DNA of 64,000 nucleotides from a virus. Its lineage: Duplodnaviria; Heunggongvirae; Uroviricota; Caudoviricetes. The notes beneath the pieces are model-generated. The model had not been told where the DNA came from, did no database searches, and worked only from the letters and a program-made list of their open reading frames with translations. Positions 16,558-27,100 of this stretch are shown piece after piece (position 1 is the stretch's first letter; each line of letters opens with the position of its first letter). The DNA lies in the IMG/VR virus record IMGVR_UViG_3300009709_000002, positions 96,001 to 160,000 of that record; one strand, given 5' to 3'. The position numbers were made by a program, and so were the translations under genes.

Positions 16558-16797
16558 GGCTTACAAACCTTGAGACCCGTAGGACTCTGTGCGTTTTTTA
16601 TTTGGTACATCATCCGGTCCAACCTACCTTGCCTGTTGATCAGAGGCAACCTCCATATAGAAGCCCAGTCCTGGACGATGGATACATTATATTACAATTG
16701 CCAATGTAAAAGAAATATAAAAAGATAAGTTTTTACATACGAGCGTTCATCACTAGCGCAATAGGTAAAACTTTCCTATTGCGCCTGAGAAGAAAGC

Positions 16798-17277
16798 TTA
16801 TTCACTTTTATCGGCTGGTGGCGCACCGTTTGAGCCAAGCGAGCGGCCGAATGGTCTGTAGATGTAGAGGTAGGTGGAGGATCGAATTTGCTCCTCACAG
16901 CGAACGTCATACACCTGGCACACATCTTCAAAGTACATTCTAGCGTCGTCAGAGTTTGTGAATAGACGACGAAGCGTGACGTGCTTGTCAGGATCAATAG
17001 GTGAGACGCCAAAATCTGAAGCGTTGATTTCCATCTCTTGATCACGATCTGCTCTGATGAGGTGCAGAATGATGGACGAGTCTGGATCATCTTCATCCAT
17101 TCGATGAGAAACGTAGTTGAATTCGAACAAAGTAGGGCGATACGAATAGGTACCGTCAAGAATCAAACTAATGGTCTGGCCTGGCACCAAATCGAGTAAT
17201 TCTTCCCTAGATATGCCACGGTCGGCGGTTACTTTCTTCAAAAAGTCATAAAATTGTGGATATTCTGATGTGCTCAT
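16798..17277 (-). CDS. hypothetical protein
   Basis: 159-aa ORF followed by hairpin GCGCAATAGG/CCTATTGCGC. Confidence 0.65.
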   Translation of the reverse strand: MSTSEYPQFYDFLKKVTADRGISREELLDLVPGQTISLILDGTYSYRPTLFEFNYVSHRMDEDDPDSSIILHLIRADRDQEMEINASDFGVSPIDPDKHVTLRRLFTNSDDARMYFEDVCQVYDVRCEEQIRSSTYLYIYRPFGRSLGSNGAPPADKSE

Positions 17278-17333
17278 AGTGTCTCATTTAGAGCTGGGAG
17301 TCAGTTCTCCCAGCGTACATCTCTTATGAGTAT

Positions 17334-19049
17334 TTAATCAAAGAACAAGCGATCAGTAAACCACTTGGGCAGATTATGCTTCCACTGACTGTAGAAGTAT
17401 GGGAACGACGCGTCGAGCAGGTAGGTCACCGACTCATCAGACTCATGGCGTGTAGAGCGGCCAGAAGCTTGCATGATGTGCACCCACGTCTTATTGACAT
17501 ACCACTCACGATCAATCTCTGACTTTTTCTTGACGAGAGGATCCATCAAGCTAGCCCATGGAAATTTCAGAATGATCTGAAAGACAGAAAGATCGTCATA
17601 CAAGTCGACACCTTCCATCATTGACGGAGAAAGCAGCACAGAGCCTTTGATATTTCCAGACTCATGAAGCTTCAACATGTCATCATTTTTCATCTTCTTG
17701 GCGTAACCAGCCTTACCAGACACCGCATGGTCAATGGCGTACATGTCACGACAAATGAGACGTGACTTCACCTCATGAGGAACTCTGCGATAGATTTCAT
17801 CCTGAAGCTTGTACGTTGCACAGTGAATGATACCTCGTTCACCCTTGTGGCTAGACAAAATGTCAGTGATTACACCAGGAATCTTCTGAAGAGTTTGAGG
17901 CTGGTCATTGTACCCCATCTTCAACTTCGGAAGCACCAGAATCGGTGACTTCTGAGGTTCAAATGGCGAATCTGTCTCAATGTAGAGGCATTTTTCTTGT
18001 GGAATGCCTAGTTCATGACAGAAAGCGCTCTTCGTGCCAGGCGTTGCTGACATGAAGACGAACTTATCGGCCATCTTATGCAGATACTCGTAGAACAAGA
18101 AGTTGCCGTAGAGCGGAGACAGCGTGACGGTGTTCTTCTCTACATCTGAGTGGATGAACCAACGAGCTTCCAGCTGTTCCAACGTCTCGTGAGTGTTGAA
18201 AAATATCTTGATCGGTTGAAGCGCTTTGTCGAGATTGTAGATCTTCGCGTTGAGCTTCTGCACCTTGTCAGCCACCTTGTCAGAGAATGACTTGGCCCAC
18301 TCACCTAGATTGCCTGAGATCTGAGGAAATTCTGTCTCAAGCTTCTTAGCGTAGTATTCTTGACGTTCGAGCAAAGCATCACGAAGTTCGACAATTCGCT
18401 GGTAGTCCTCGATAAAAATACCTGTGAAGACAATATGGCTGGTCGCGCAACCAAATTCTTCATGCAAGTATTTTGGATCGATGGTCGACTCAGCGAATTG
18501 TCGAAGATGCCCCTCGAGATTGTGCGCTTCGTCGATGATCATGACGGTGCGCTTTTTCCACTCATTTTCAGCTTCGTCTACATCCTTACCAAACCCGCAG
18601 TGCGTGGAATAGAGGAAGTACATCGGGTTGGTAATCATCGACTGTGATTCCAACGCCTTCTTCTTTTGGTTGTAGTACGAACAGATGCTATTCCGCTTAC
18701 ACTGAATTGCAAGCTCTGGCGCAGCCGTACACGGAGCAGCGTCAACCGTGAACGCCGGATTGATGTTACACTGGTAGTTGCCTCGACCTTTGAGGTTTAC
18801 CAATGCGGTCCAGCTCTTCTCATATTGTTCTTGGAGCTGGATTGTAGAGGTGAGGAAGTATGCGTTGAAGGAGACGCCACCGATAGATTCACCGATGAGC
18901 GTCTTACCAACACCAGTGGGACAGTTGAGAATGAAATAATCAAACTTGTCCCAGTTCGCTTCGACCGTGTTTAGTACTTGTTGTTGTTGAGGGCGCGGTT
19001 CCTTGTCAGGAGCGAGATCCTTGAAGAACTTTAGCGGGTGTTGATCCAT
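17334..19049 (-). CDS. DinG/YoaA-type SF2 helicase with Cys cluster
   Basis: PTGVGKT, KGR.NY.C, DEAH, SAT, EGVD, QASGR..R. Confidence 0.9.
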   Translation of the reverse strand: MDQHPLKFFKDLAPDKEPRPQQQQVLNTVEANWDKFDYFILNCPTGVGKTLIGESIGGVSFNAYFLTSTIQLQEQYEKSWTALVNLKGRGNYQCNINPAFTVDAAPCTAAPELAIQCKRNSICSYYNQKKKALESQSMITNPMYFLYSTHCGFGKDVDEAENEWKKRTVMIIDEAHNLEGHLRQFAESTIDPKYLHEEFGCATSHIVFTGIFIEDYQRIVELRDALLERQEYYAKKLETEFPQISGNLGEWAKSFSDKVADKVQKLNAKIYNLDKALQPIKIFFNTHETLEQLEARWFIHSDVEKNTVTLSPLYGNFLFYEYLHKMADKFVFMSATPGTKSAFCHELGIPQEKCLYIETDSPFEPQKSPILVLPKLKMGYNDQPQTLQKIPGVITDILSSHKGERGIIHCATYKLQDEIYRRVPHEVKSRLICRDMYAIDHAVSGKAGYAKKMKNDDMLKLHESGNIKGSVLLSPSMMEGVDLYDDLSVFQIILKFPWASLMDPLVKKKSEIDREWYVNKTWVHIMQASGRSTRHESDESVTYLLDASFPYFYSQWKHNLPKWFTDRLFFD

Positions 19050-19737
19050 CCAAACTCCGAGTTAATTGGTAGTAGGATGCATTATATTCGTTTTTCTCAT
19101 ACTTGGATATTTTACCAATCAACTCACGCTTGAACGGTGAGTTCATGCTAAACAGCTCTTTCTTGATCGACGGTGTGAGCTCAACAAGCTTGCTGTTTGA
19201 GAGATCATAATTGAAAGCGCCTTTCGGCTGCTTTTTCATGAACGTCTCAACGACAGTTACTTCCACCGTGTCGACAGCTGGCATGAAATCTTGATAGATT
19301 GATGCCCCACCAGCGATGTAGACGATTTGATCAGCTTTTGGCTTCACATAGTCATCGATGAAATCAAGCAGCCGGTCACGCATCGACCGATCCATGTCTT
19401 CAGGAGCGATTGCTTTATACTGGAAGCTATTAGCGACGGTGACGTTGCTCAAATCAACGCCGCCTTGTCTCGCCAGATCTTCCATCTTCAAAAGCAAACC
19501 AACTTTCCCGTCACGCGTGTAGTCAGCAACAACTACAACCTTTCTACCTGGAAAGATTGTTGGACGTGGGTAATGCTTCAGAATGCCGGCGAATGTACGG
19601 TAACCCATCAAGAGCACGTGACCTGTAGTCAGTTCTTTGAACCGCTTCATGTCCGTGCTCATTTTCCATGGAATGTAGTCTTCTTTACCAACTACATGGT
19701 CATCCGTACACGCCAAAATAGCGTGTACTTTTGTCAT
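19006..19737 (-). CDS. frd: dihydrofolate reductase (with insertion)
   Basis: IPW...DMKRFKELT.G...LMGYRT, PGR, IAGG..IY. Confidence 0.85.
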   Translation of the reverse strand: MTKVHAILACTDDHVVGKEDYIPWKMSTDMKRFKELTTGHVLLMGYRTFAGILKHYPRPTIFPGRKVVVVADYTRDGKVGLLLKMEDLARQGGVDLSNVTVANSFQYKAIAPEDMDRSMRDRLLDFIDDYVKPKADQIVYIAGGASIYQDFMPAVDTVEVTVVETFMKKQPKGAFNYDLSNSKLVELTPSIKKELFSMNSPFKRELIGKISKYEKNEYNASYYQLTRSLDGSTPAKVLQGSRS

Positions 19738-20210
19738 TTCTTCTCTACTCTCTTTTCTTGCCTGGTAAGTTGATCTTCCAGATTGTTAAACACACCAGCT
19801 AAAGCGATCAACGTGTGACGGTTATCGACTTCATTGATCCATGCACCCTTAGCGGAGTGATTAGCTTCAACGCGATACTTCTCGACGTTGATAACAAATG
19901 ACTCTAGCTGCTGACGAAGGGACTTTACTTCAAACCCCAGCGCGTTATACCGCTTGAACAAAGCGATCGCAGCAACATCAACCCCACTAAGTATTTGCTC
20001 AGCATCGCTGGATAGCTTGGTGCACTGCTCATACTTCTCATGCAACTCTCGTGGCAGAACTGTCATTTCTTGACCGAGAGAAGTAGCAATGATCCAACTC
20101 ATTACACACTTCCCTGGGTTTTGCCAGTCTTGCTTTTCACCTGTCAGGATTCCCCAGAATGCAATGGAAATCCGACAGGCCGAGATGATTTCATTCGTCT
20201 CGATGTACAT
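19734..20210 (-). CDS. hypothetical protein
   Basis: 158 aa, coupled. Confidence 0.65.
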   Translation of the reverse strand: MYIETNEIISACRISIAFWGILTGEKQDWQNPGKCVMSWIIATSLGQEMTVLPRELHEKYEQCTKLSSDAEQILSGVDVAAIALFKRYNALGFEVKSLRQQLESFVINVEKYRVEANHSAKGAWINEVDNRHTLIALAGVFNNLEDQLTRQEKRVEKK

Positions 20211-20213
20211 ACT

Positions 20214-22562
20214 TTACAGTTTGTCTTGAACCATCAGTTGGGCTTGTTCATCTTCAGCCGTGAAGGTACCTACTCCTTCACTTGCCATTTTCGCCTTCAC
20301 CTCGAGACGGAGCTGCGAAATCCAGCCTTTCGCGTCGAGGTTCATGTCCATCAGCACCGACTGCTTCTTCACGACGGCGAAATCACCAGGCGTGAGGTAG
20401 CGAATCATCGCCAGATCGGTTTCGATGTCGTCGGCTTCAGCCTGCGAAAGATTCGCGAGAATGATGCCAGATTCGTTTTCGAACATCTTGACACGTTGCT
20501 TGATCGTCAGCTCCTGGAAGTTCAGCTTGAACGTGAAGCGGCGGAGAGCAGCAGCGTCGAGCTTATCCATCAAGTTGGTTGCGCAGATGAAAATACCGTT
20601 GTGGTTTTCCATTTGCTGCAGCAGCTCATTGACCTGAGTCACTTCCCAGCTGTGACGCGAGAGGCGACGATCACGAAGGAATGAATCACCTTCGTCAAAG
20701 AACAGAATGCCGCCTTCATCGCGAGCTTCACGGAAAGCAGCAGCGATATTTTGCTCTGCTTCGCCAACGTACTTGCTCAGAAGGTCGGAGGCCCGCTTCT
20801 TGATCAGCGGCAGGTCCAGCTGCACGGCGAGATACTCGGCGAAGGCCGTCTTACCGGTGCCAGGAGGACCGTACATGCACAGCGAGAGATACGGACGCTT
20901 CTTGAGAGCCTCGATAATGTCCTTCAGCGGGAAGCGCGATTCCAGGTTGATCATGTCCAGATCATACGTGGTAGCTGATTCACGCAGCTCTTCGACCTTC
21001 GTGCGACCGAGAGCCTTCTGGCTGTGTTCGATGGCATGCTTCAGCAGCTCATCATTGGCATTCGGCGAACTTGAATCCGCGGCGATCAGCTTGGCCAAGC
21101 GAGCGGCCGAGACGATCTGCTCCTTGCCAAGCTCAGCGTGCTTCGACAGATTCGAGATCATCGATTCGCTGATGCCGAGATCGGACGCGTGGGTTTGCAC
21201 CTCACGCTTACGATCGGCACGAGAGCCGCCCTTCAGCTCGACGTGGTACAGGAAGCGGCCGACGTTTTCGACGGCGATCGACGACGGAGACGAGGTAAGC
21301 CAGAGAGTAGCCACCGGATTTTCCAGCATCAAGCGCTCGTCGGAGTCGAGCTCGTCGGAGTCGATCTCCTTGCCACCACGATCCTCGCCAAAGAGGCTCA
21401 TCATCCACGACGGAGTTGACGATGACTTGCTCAGCGCCGCGGCTGTGTTGGTGATGATGAGAACGTCTTCCTTGTGGTGGAGATGCAGCCAGCGCTGTGC
21501 GATGAAGCAGATCGCCGGGACGTCGGAATTGCGAGTCCCTTGCGTCTTGATCGACCAGCCCTTCAGCTTGCTTTCTTCAAGGAAGTCAGCGAGGAAACCG
21601 ATCTTGTCCAGCTTGGACGAACCATGAACGAGGACGTTCAGGCCAGGTTCACGCGGCAAGAAAACGATCGACGTGAGGATGTCTTTTTCCTTGTCGCCGA
21701 GACGAGCCAGGCTACCTGCAGCACGTTTCTTCTTGATCGGTTCGACGAAACGGCCGAAGAAATCGTCGGCGGTCTTGGCAGTTTGCCCGATCGCCATCGT
21801 CCAGAACTCGCCGAGCGGCGCCAGGCGTTTCGTGCGTTGGTCGAAGTGGACCAGGCCGGAAGTGATGAGGAGAGATTTTTCAGACAGAGCATCGCGAGCT
21901 TCCTTCTCGGCAATGGAGTCTGATTGAATCATGACGACGTAAGCGTGCTCGATCTGAGCCGGACGCTTGATCATCTGGAAAAAGCTTTGCAGGAAAATCT
22001 GCGCCTCGATGTCTTGCGCGAAGAACGAAATCCGCAACACGGCTTCATCAGCCGGCGTGAGATCGAGCAGCGCCGAGAGTCGGCCCATGTTCTGCATGTA
22101 CGTGAAGCGTTGGCCGGAGAGAATTTCACCTGCCAGCTCAGCCACCTTAGCGACCAGCTTCTCGAAGTAATTTTCCTTCTGGTTTTCTTCCAGCTTCTTC
22201 ATGATCACGCGGTGAGCGATGATCCCAGTGAAGTATGAGCGAGCGTAGTTGGCAGAAACTTCAGCGCCGTATTGACGTTGCAGGTCGGCGACGAGCAGAC
22301 GCAGCTTCTCATGATCTTCCGTCATCTGCGAGTTTGCAGCTTGCATCGCGTCGGCCAGATCACGGCGCAGACCTTCGATGATCGTATCACCATCAGCTGC
22401 GCCAGAAAAGATCACGGGCTCCATGGCAGCAATGAAGAACGTGCCGAACAAATACTCGTCGAGCAGAATGGTCTGCGCGAAGTTTGGTTCATTCAGCGGG
22501 AGCTTCAGCAGCGTCGACGGCATTTCGAGCGAACGCGTGGTGAAGATTTCTGACTTTTCCAT
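20214..22562 (-). CDS. AAA+ ATPase (degenerate D1, intact C-terminal classical AAA domain)
   Basis: GPPGTGKT, LLSKYVGE.E, FFDEGD, ATN..D.A.LRRF. Confidence 0.88.
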   Translation of the reverse strand: MEKSEIFTTRSLEMPSTLLKLPLNEPNFAQTILLDEYLFGTFFIAAMEPVIFSGAADGDTIIEGLRRDLADAMQAANSQMTEDHEKLRLLVADLQRQYGAEVSANYARSYFTGIIAHRVIMKKLEENQKENYFEKLVAKVAELAGEILSGQRFTYMQNMGRLSALLDLTPADEAVLRISFFAQDIEAQIFLQSFFQMIKRPAQIEHAYVVMIQSDSIAEKEARDALSEKSLLITSGLVHFDQRTKRLAPLGEFWTMAIGQTAKTADDFFGRFVEPIKKKRAAGSLARLGDKEKDILTSIVFLPREPGLNVLVHGSSKLDKIGFLADFLEESKLKGWSIKTQGTRNSDVPAICFIAQRWLHLHHKEDVLIITNTAAALSKSSSTPSWMMSLFGEDRGGKEIDSDELDSDERLMLENPVATLWLTSSPSSIAVENVGRFLYHVELKGGSRADRKREVQTHASDLGISESMISNLSKHAELGKEQIVSAARLAKLIAADSSSPNANDELLKHAIEHSQKALGRTKVEELRESATTYDLDMINLESRFPLKDIIEALKKRPYLSLCMYGPPGTGKTAFAEYLAVQLDLPLIKKRASDLLSKYVGEAEQNIAAAFREARDEGGILFFDEGDSFLRDRRLSRHSWEVTQVNELLQQMENHNGIFICATNLMDKLDAAALRRFTFKLNFQELTIKQRVKMFENESGIILANLSQAEADDIETDLAMIRYLTPGDFAVVKKQSVLMDMNLDAKGWISQLRLEVKAKMASEGVGTFTAEDEQAQLMVQDKL

Positions 22563-22590
22563 GGAGGTCCTTTAGTTGCGTTTATGAATG

Positions 22591-23091
22591 TTAATCACCG
22601 GAATCTATTGACCAGCTGTGTCCACAATCTTTACAACGATAATGCACGTAGCACCGACCACCGCTGGTTGATGACACGTTGTTGTGTTGACAGCCAAATC
22701 GAAAGTACCGAAACTTACCTGGCCAGAAATCACGAGCGATAGCATAACCACCGCTGCGATTTGTCCAGAACATCTCAATCTCAATGCTTTCAACTCGATC
22801 AGCTACTTCTACACCAGGCCGTTTTCCATAGTAGCAAAACGGTGGTGTTTGTGCCGCTAGGGATTCAGGCGTTAGCACATCTCCCAAGCGAACACGAATA
22901 CTACGCTTTTCTGAGTAAAGATAAGCGCCAGGAGAGCCCATGCCCTCACTTTGACGAACCATCCACTGCTCAGATACTTCCATTAACCCTTCTGGGGCTT
23001 CATGCTGCAGGCGTTCATTTGCCCGGTTTGCGTCAAATCTTGCTACTGATTCGGCCTCCAATTTGGCACGCCGATACAGCACGTTAGGCAT
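22591..23091 (-). CDS. hypothetical protein with C-terminal Zn ribbon
   Basis: C.H...GRC....C..CG...DSGD. Confidence 0.7.
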   Translation of the reverse strand: MPNVLYRRAKLEAESVARFDANRANERLQHEAPEGLMEVSEQWMVRQSEGMGSPGAYLYSEKRSIRVRLGDVLTPESLAAQTPPFCYYGKRPGVEVADRVESIEIEMFWTNRSGGYAIARDFWPGKFRYFRFGCQHNNVSSTSGGRCYVHYRCKDCGHSWSIDSGD

Positions 23092-23602
23092 TTATGTATG
23101 CTCCACGCAATTCTTCAACTTTGCGGATAGTCTCGAATACATCACCATCATGCAAGATGCCGTGACCACCCTTGTTAATCCACTGCTCAATGTTCGAGTA
23201 GGTGTCGTCAATCAACACCTTGTTCGGACCAGAGTAGTTCTGCTTTTCACGCTTGGGCACGACAACGGTCTTGTATTCCGGACCAAATTTATCGCGAACC
23301 CAGTGAATCTTTTGCTCACGGGAGCCTTGACGAACCGGCAATCCAGTGAGGAAGTAGGGGTTGAACTGCTTACAGTAAGCCCACAAGATTTCGGCGTCAG
23401 CCATCAACTTGAGGGAATAGAAATAATCAGGCACTGAGTTAACGTGCTTCCACAATTCTTTCGTGCTTACTTCATGCGGCCATTTACCGGTGTCCTCAAA
23501 GAACTTGCCGGAAAAATCAGCGAATACTCCATCCAGATCGAGAGCAAACTCTTCGAACGGATTGTAATCGATGATTATGGGTGTGTAGGAGTGTTTGTTC
23601 AT
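23084..23602 (-). CDS. HAD-family 5'(3')-deoxyribonucleotidase-like
   Basis: DLDGVFADF, K..W, LIDD..NI..W; start moved to MNKHSY downstream of the promoter. Confidence 0.8.
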   Translation of the reverse strand: MNKHSYTPIIIDYNPFEEFALDLDGVFADFSGKFFEDTGKWPHEVSTKELWKHVNSVPDYFYSLKLMADAEILWAYCKQFNPYFLTGLPVRQGSREQKIHWVRDKFGPEYKTVVVPKREKQNYSGPNKVLIDDTYSNIEQWINKGGHGILHDGDVFETIRKVEELRGAYINA

Positions 23603-23608
23603 ATGAGA

Positions 23609-23637
23609 ATTATATCTCATATCATGCAGCAAGTAAA
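23609..23637 (-). promoter_or_regulatory. early promoter, leaderless transcript
   Basis: TTTACT-N17-TATAAT-N6-ATG. Confidence 0.75.
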
Positions 23638-23682
23638 TTGTTTTGCAAAAGAAAATGGAGAGCTCAGCGGCTCTCCATTTCT

Positions 23683-24138
23683 TCACATATTCACAAGCTG
23701 CAATTCGCCGGCAAGAATAATCGGCTTTTCGAACATCATTTGCGGAACACCTTCAAGCTTAATAAGCTCGAGGTTTGAGTGATATGCCTTGCGGGTTTCA
23801 CCGTGTGACAAAGTGATGTGGTAGTAGCTGTCAGTGAAGTGACGCGTAGACTGCCCATTCACCGTCACAGAAACAACTTCAAGGTCATCAAACACGGAGT
23901 AACCAACAGCGCGAACATCGAGTGATTTCTCTAATTTCAACGCGCTGATCATACGCTCATAGTGCAACTCTGAGAAACCATGGCAAAACGTGACGTGATG
24001 GCACACAGTCTTTTCAAAAGCTGGTGGAATCGACGTCAAAAGCTTTGCGCGAGTTACCGCATCGAGCACATATGCGAAATAAGTGCCCTTGCGGTAAGCT
24101 TCAGCTCTGATCGGGAGATGCAAGGTTGGCCGGAACAT
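23683..24138 (-). CDS. 2H phosphoesterase (2',3'-cyclic phosphodiesterase-like)
   Basis: Two HxT motifs (HVT, HIT) plus SN. Confidence 0.7.
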   Translation of the reverse strand: MFRPTLHLPIRAEAYRKGTYFAYVLDAVTRAKLLTSIPPAFEKTVCHHVTFCHGFSELHYERMISALKLEKSLDVRAVGYSVFDDLEVVSVTVNGQSTRHFTDSYYHITLSHGETRKAYHSNLELIKLEGVPQMMFEKPIILAGELQLVNM

Positions 24139-24571
24139 TTTGTTTCACCGTGAGGTACTTGAGGATGAGCGTATCACGCTGCTCATTGCTCATGTTCACC
24201 TTCTTAACTTTTTTCAGGTTGCGGAATAACACGCGAGCGACGGCTTCGATCTCACGCGAATCTTCGATGATGTTGGTCATCAGCTCGTTGCGAGTTTCCT
24301 TGCTGAAACCTTGGAACAGGTTTTCACCAAGAGCCATCTCAACTCTCTCAACCGACGCACGCAGGTTCGAAAGCAGATCCATCAAGTCGCTAGCCGAAGC
24401 GATCGCTTTTTGGCGAAATTCTTCGGTTTGCGAATTGTCGCCAGGAGCACTTTCATCCTCATCAGACTCCGTGTCCAACGCTTCATCAGATGGCTGATTT
24501 GCTGCTTCATCGGATGTTGCGGGTTTGTGAAGCTCATCATTTTGTTCTACTGCCACGTCAGTCATGATCAA
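24101..24571 (-). CDS. acidic coiled-coil hypothetical protein
   Basis: AAGGAG RBS; promoter TTTACT-N17-TAAAAT at 24598-24626. Confidence 0.75.
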   Translation of the reverse strand: MIMTDVAVEQNDELHKPATSDEAANQPSDEALDTESDEDESAPGDNSQTEEFRQKAIASASDLMDLLSNLRASVERVEMALGENLFQGFSKETRNELMTNIIEDSREIEAVARVLFRNLKKVKKVNMSNEQRDTLILKYLTVKQNVPANLASPDQS

Positions 24572-24656
24572 CTACTCCTTTGGTTATCCTAGTGACGATT
24601 TTATCATACATGAGGCCAAAAGTAAATACTAGTGACCTCATGAATGCAAAATTTAC

Positions 24657-24986
24657 TTAGACTTCCTTGATGTGATGCACAACTCCGCGCTCATCTGGCT
24701 TACCCCACTTTCTAGCCTTGACGATCACAAATTTTTGCATAGCTGCATCAAAGAGATTATAGCCGTGCACGTGTGCCTGGTGTGTCATCAGCAGAATGAC
24801 ATCAGCATTTTCCAGAGGATCACCTGGCGCTTCTTCAAGCTCATCCAGCTCATCACGTGTATGTGCAATGCGGCTTGCGTCAGTTGAAGATGGGAATGTC
24901 GTGTCAGACCACGTGCCAGCCATGTGTTGAAACTTAGCCCATAATTCAGAAAGTTGCTTCAATTCTACTTCAGTCAAAACTATCAC
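24657..24986 (-). CDS. MazG-like dATP/dGTP pyrophosphohydrolase (DUF550-like)
   Basis: WS..TF..H..E.E..E.AD...K....R.W...G...H. Confidence 0.75.
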   Translation of the reverse strand: MIVLTEVELKQLSELWAKFQHMAGTWSDTTFPSSTDASRIAHTRDELDELEEAPGDPLENADVILLMTHQAHVHGYNLFDAAMQKFVIVKARKWGKPDERGVVHHIKEV

Positions 24987-25332
24987 CTATGCCATTTTTG
25001 ACGATGTCTTCTATGTCTGAGACCTCGTCGATTATGTCTACTACACCAGAAGCAGTGTCCATCAAGAATTCAGAGACAGCCGAAGCTGCCTCAAACAACG
25101 GCACTGCTCCTGTCAAGATTGCGTCTGTCAACGTCTCATCATGCCGAGGAGGTTCATGGAACGTGATGTCTTTAGCGTAAAACAGCTCATACTGCATTGG
25201 TTCATCACGCTTTGCGCTCTTTGGGCACTTTTTAAAGTTGCACGTGGACGTCTCATATTTGTTAAACCAAAACTTCTCAGTGCATCGTTGGCACTGGTGA
25301 TACTTAAAAAGCTTCTTAATCCAATTGCGCAT
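24970..25332 (-). CDS. hypothetical protein
   Basis: 120 aa, N-terminal Cys cluster. Confidence 0.55.
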   Translation of the reverse strand: MRNWIKKLFKYHQCQRCTEKFWFNKYETSTCNFKKCPKSAKRDEPMQYELFYAKDITFHEPPRHDETLTDAILTGAVPLFEAASAVSEFLMDTASGVVDIIDEVSDIEDIVKNGIGDSFD

Positions 25333-25816
25333 TGACGTCTCCTAATCCGTGATACCCAGGCAGCTGACCTGGTTCAAGGACTGGCGCGTCATCGTGGTAG
25401 AGCGCTTGCCCATATGCTCTTTTCAACATGGTGTAAACGTAGCGGTTGTAGCGGTTGTACGTTCTATCGAAGGCAAGATTGTAAATGTCTGCGATGAACA
25501 TTGACACTGCTGCTGAGCGAGAAACCCCCATCTCGCAGTGCACGATTACTTCATCAGCGTCATGCTGATTCTTGGTCAGAAATTGAAGTATTTCAGTGGC
25601 TTGAGCTTTGGTGATGACTTTATGCACACCATCATCCCAGTCAAAGTCATGGAACTTCATGCGTAGCACATCCGTCCATGCACCTGGATGTAACGTAGCT
25701 TCTTTTTGTCCTGGTGAAACGAGCGAGATGAGAGCACGTTTGATGCCATCATCCGTCTTTGGCATCATCTCAGCTTGTCGCTTGGAGATAAAGGTGGTGA
25801 ACTTGATGCTAAACAT
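25316..25816 (-). CDS. Cys-dependent (tyrosine/dual-specificity) phosphatase
   Basis: VHCEMGVSRS = CX5R. Confidence 0.85.
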   Translation of the reverse strand: MFSIKFTTFISKRQAEMMPKTDDGIKRALISLVSPGQKEATLHPGAWTDVLRMKFHDFDWDDGVHKVITKAQATEILQFLTKNQHDADEVIVHCEMGVSRSAAVSMFIADIYNLAFDRTYNRYNRYVYTMLKRAYGQALYHDDAPVLEPGQLPGYHGLGDVNAQLD

Positions 25817-26409
25817 AGCTCTTCTACTATTCTTCTACGGTACTCATCATACCATTCTGGTTTTGGTCTTACTTTCCACTTCGCAAATTCATGCTTTGCG
25901 CCAACGTAGAATCTCTTGTAAGATTCAACTATATCGCCGTTGATCTTATACTTATCAGGCATCGCCGCTGGCGGATCAACAAAAACGAGACGTGGAATAT
26001 TCTTTGGTGGTGAGGCGAGAAAATCTATCAACTTTGAACATGCATGAACTCGACCGTAGCGATAGGTGTATTCTTTCAACAACTCAAGAAACAACTGATA
26101 GAGCCAGTTATAGTTTGAGCTTGATTGACGCACCCAAAGATTTAGAGGAACGTTAGGATGAGTTGCTCTATAACAAAGCAACCCTGAAAGATCACTATCG
26201 TCAACCGGAGTAGGTTCACCCGGAAGCTGCCAGTGCTTCTTAAAACGTCCCTCTCGCTTAGTGCTAGGAATGAGAATGAGCTTTCCATCTAAGATACGAT
26301 GTGCGGTGGACAATAGCTGAGCGGTCTCCGTCACCATCTTGACGACATGCTTATCCAAGTGCCATTGAGCTGCTTGGCGAGGATCATAACTCAGAAAGAA
26401 TATGTTCAC
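25765..26409 (-). CDS. pyrimidine-dimer DNA glycosylase / DenV-like
   Basis: MNIFFL..DKHVVKM..E.AQLLSTAH..TH.N.P..W...EYTYRYG..H; GTG start; promoter 26439-26467. Confidence 0.8.
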   Translation of the reverse strand: MNIFFLSYDPRQAAQWHLDKHVVKMVTETAQLLSTAHRILDGKLILIPSTKREGRFKKHWQLPGEPTPVDDSDLSGLLCYRATHPNVPLNLWVRQSSSNYNWLYQLFLELLKEYTYRYGRVHACSKLIDFLASPPKNIPRLVFVDPPAAMPDKYKINGDIVESYKRFYVGAKHEFAKWKVRPKPEWYDEYRRRIVEELCLASSSPPLSPSDKLR

Positions 26410-26476
26410 GACACATCTCAACACCATTCAATAGTTGGATTATATTACACTTGTTATTGAATGTAAATTGAAATGC

Positions 26477-27100
26477 TTATCTATTTGAGAAAATTTGCTC
26501 GATTTGATTCCTGATTGCTGGCCACTGGTGAGAATATTTTGTGTCAAAGTAAAAATCAACAAGCTCACGATAACGCCAAGACACCATAGTGGCATCTTCA
26601 TGATTGAAATTTAGCTTATTGATTCGTAGCTCATGGACGATTTCCGCAGCGAACGCTTCTAGCTCAAATGGATCGGTCATGTATTCTTCAATAGTTGACT
26701 CGGTATCTGAGCCATAGAATAAAGCACGAGTGGTGCTGAACTGCTCACGGTGAGTTAGCTCATGCGCGATAATTCCTTGCAGCCCTAGGTAGACATCTTC
26801 TTTGTCTTGACCATAGAATTTCTTCAGAAATGTGCGATACAGATAGATGGTGATCATTCCGGTGACGGAACATTCAGCTTGATAGATACCAAACTCGCCA
26901 TAGCATGTTGACGATGATGGTTCTTTGGTGATGACGAATTCAATGTCTTCATCGAGAAAAACACTGTTGAGATCCGCTGCTAAGTTCTTGAGGGTCTTAT
27001 GATCATGAACTAATCTGCAACGTTTTACTACAAATCCGTCTGAAAGGTCTTTTCTTCTACATTTAAGAAGCTTAGTCAGAGAAACTTGGCTCACATGCAA
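26477..27100 (-). CDS. zincin-like metalloprotease-motif protein
   Basis: AHELTH..Q and Y...P.E..A. Confidence 0.6.
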   Translation of the reverse strand: MHVSQVSLTKLLKCRRKDLSDGFVVKRCRLVHDHKTLKNLAADLNSVFLDEDIEFVITKEPSSSTCYGEFGIYQAECSVTGMITIYLYRTFLKKFYGQDKEDVYLGLQGIIAHELTHREQFSTTRALFYGSDTESTIEEYMTDPFELEAFAAEIVHELRINKLNFNHEDATMVSWRYRELVDFYFDTKYSHQWPAIRNQIEQIFSNR

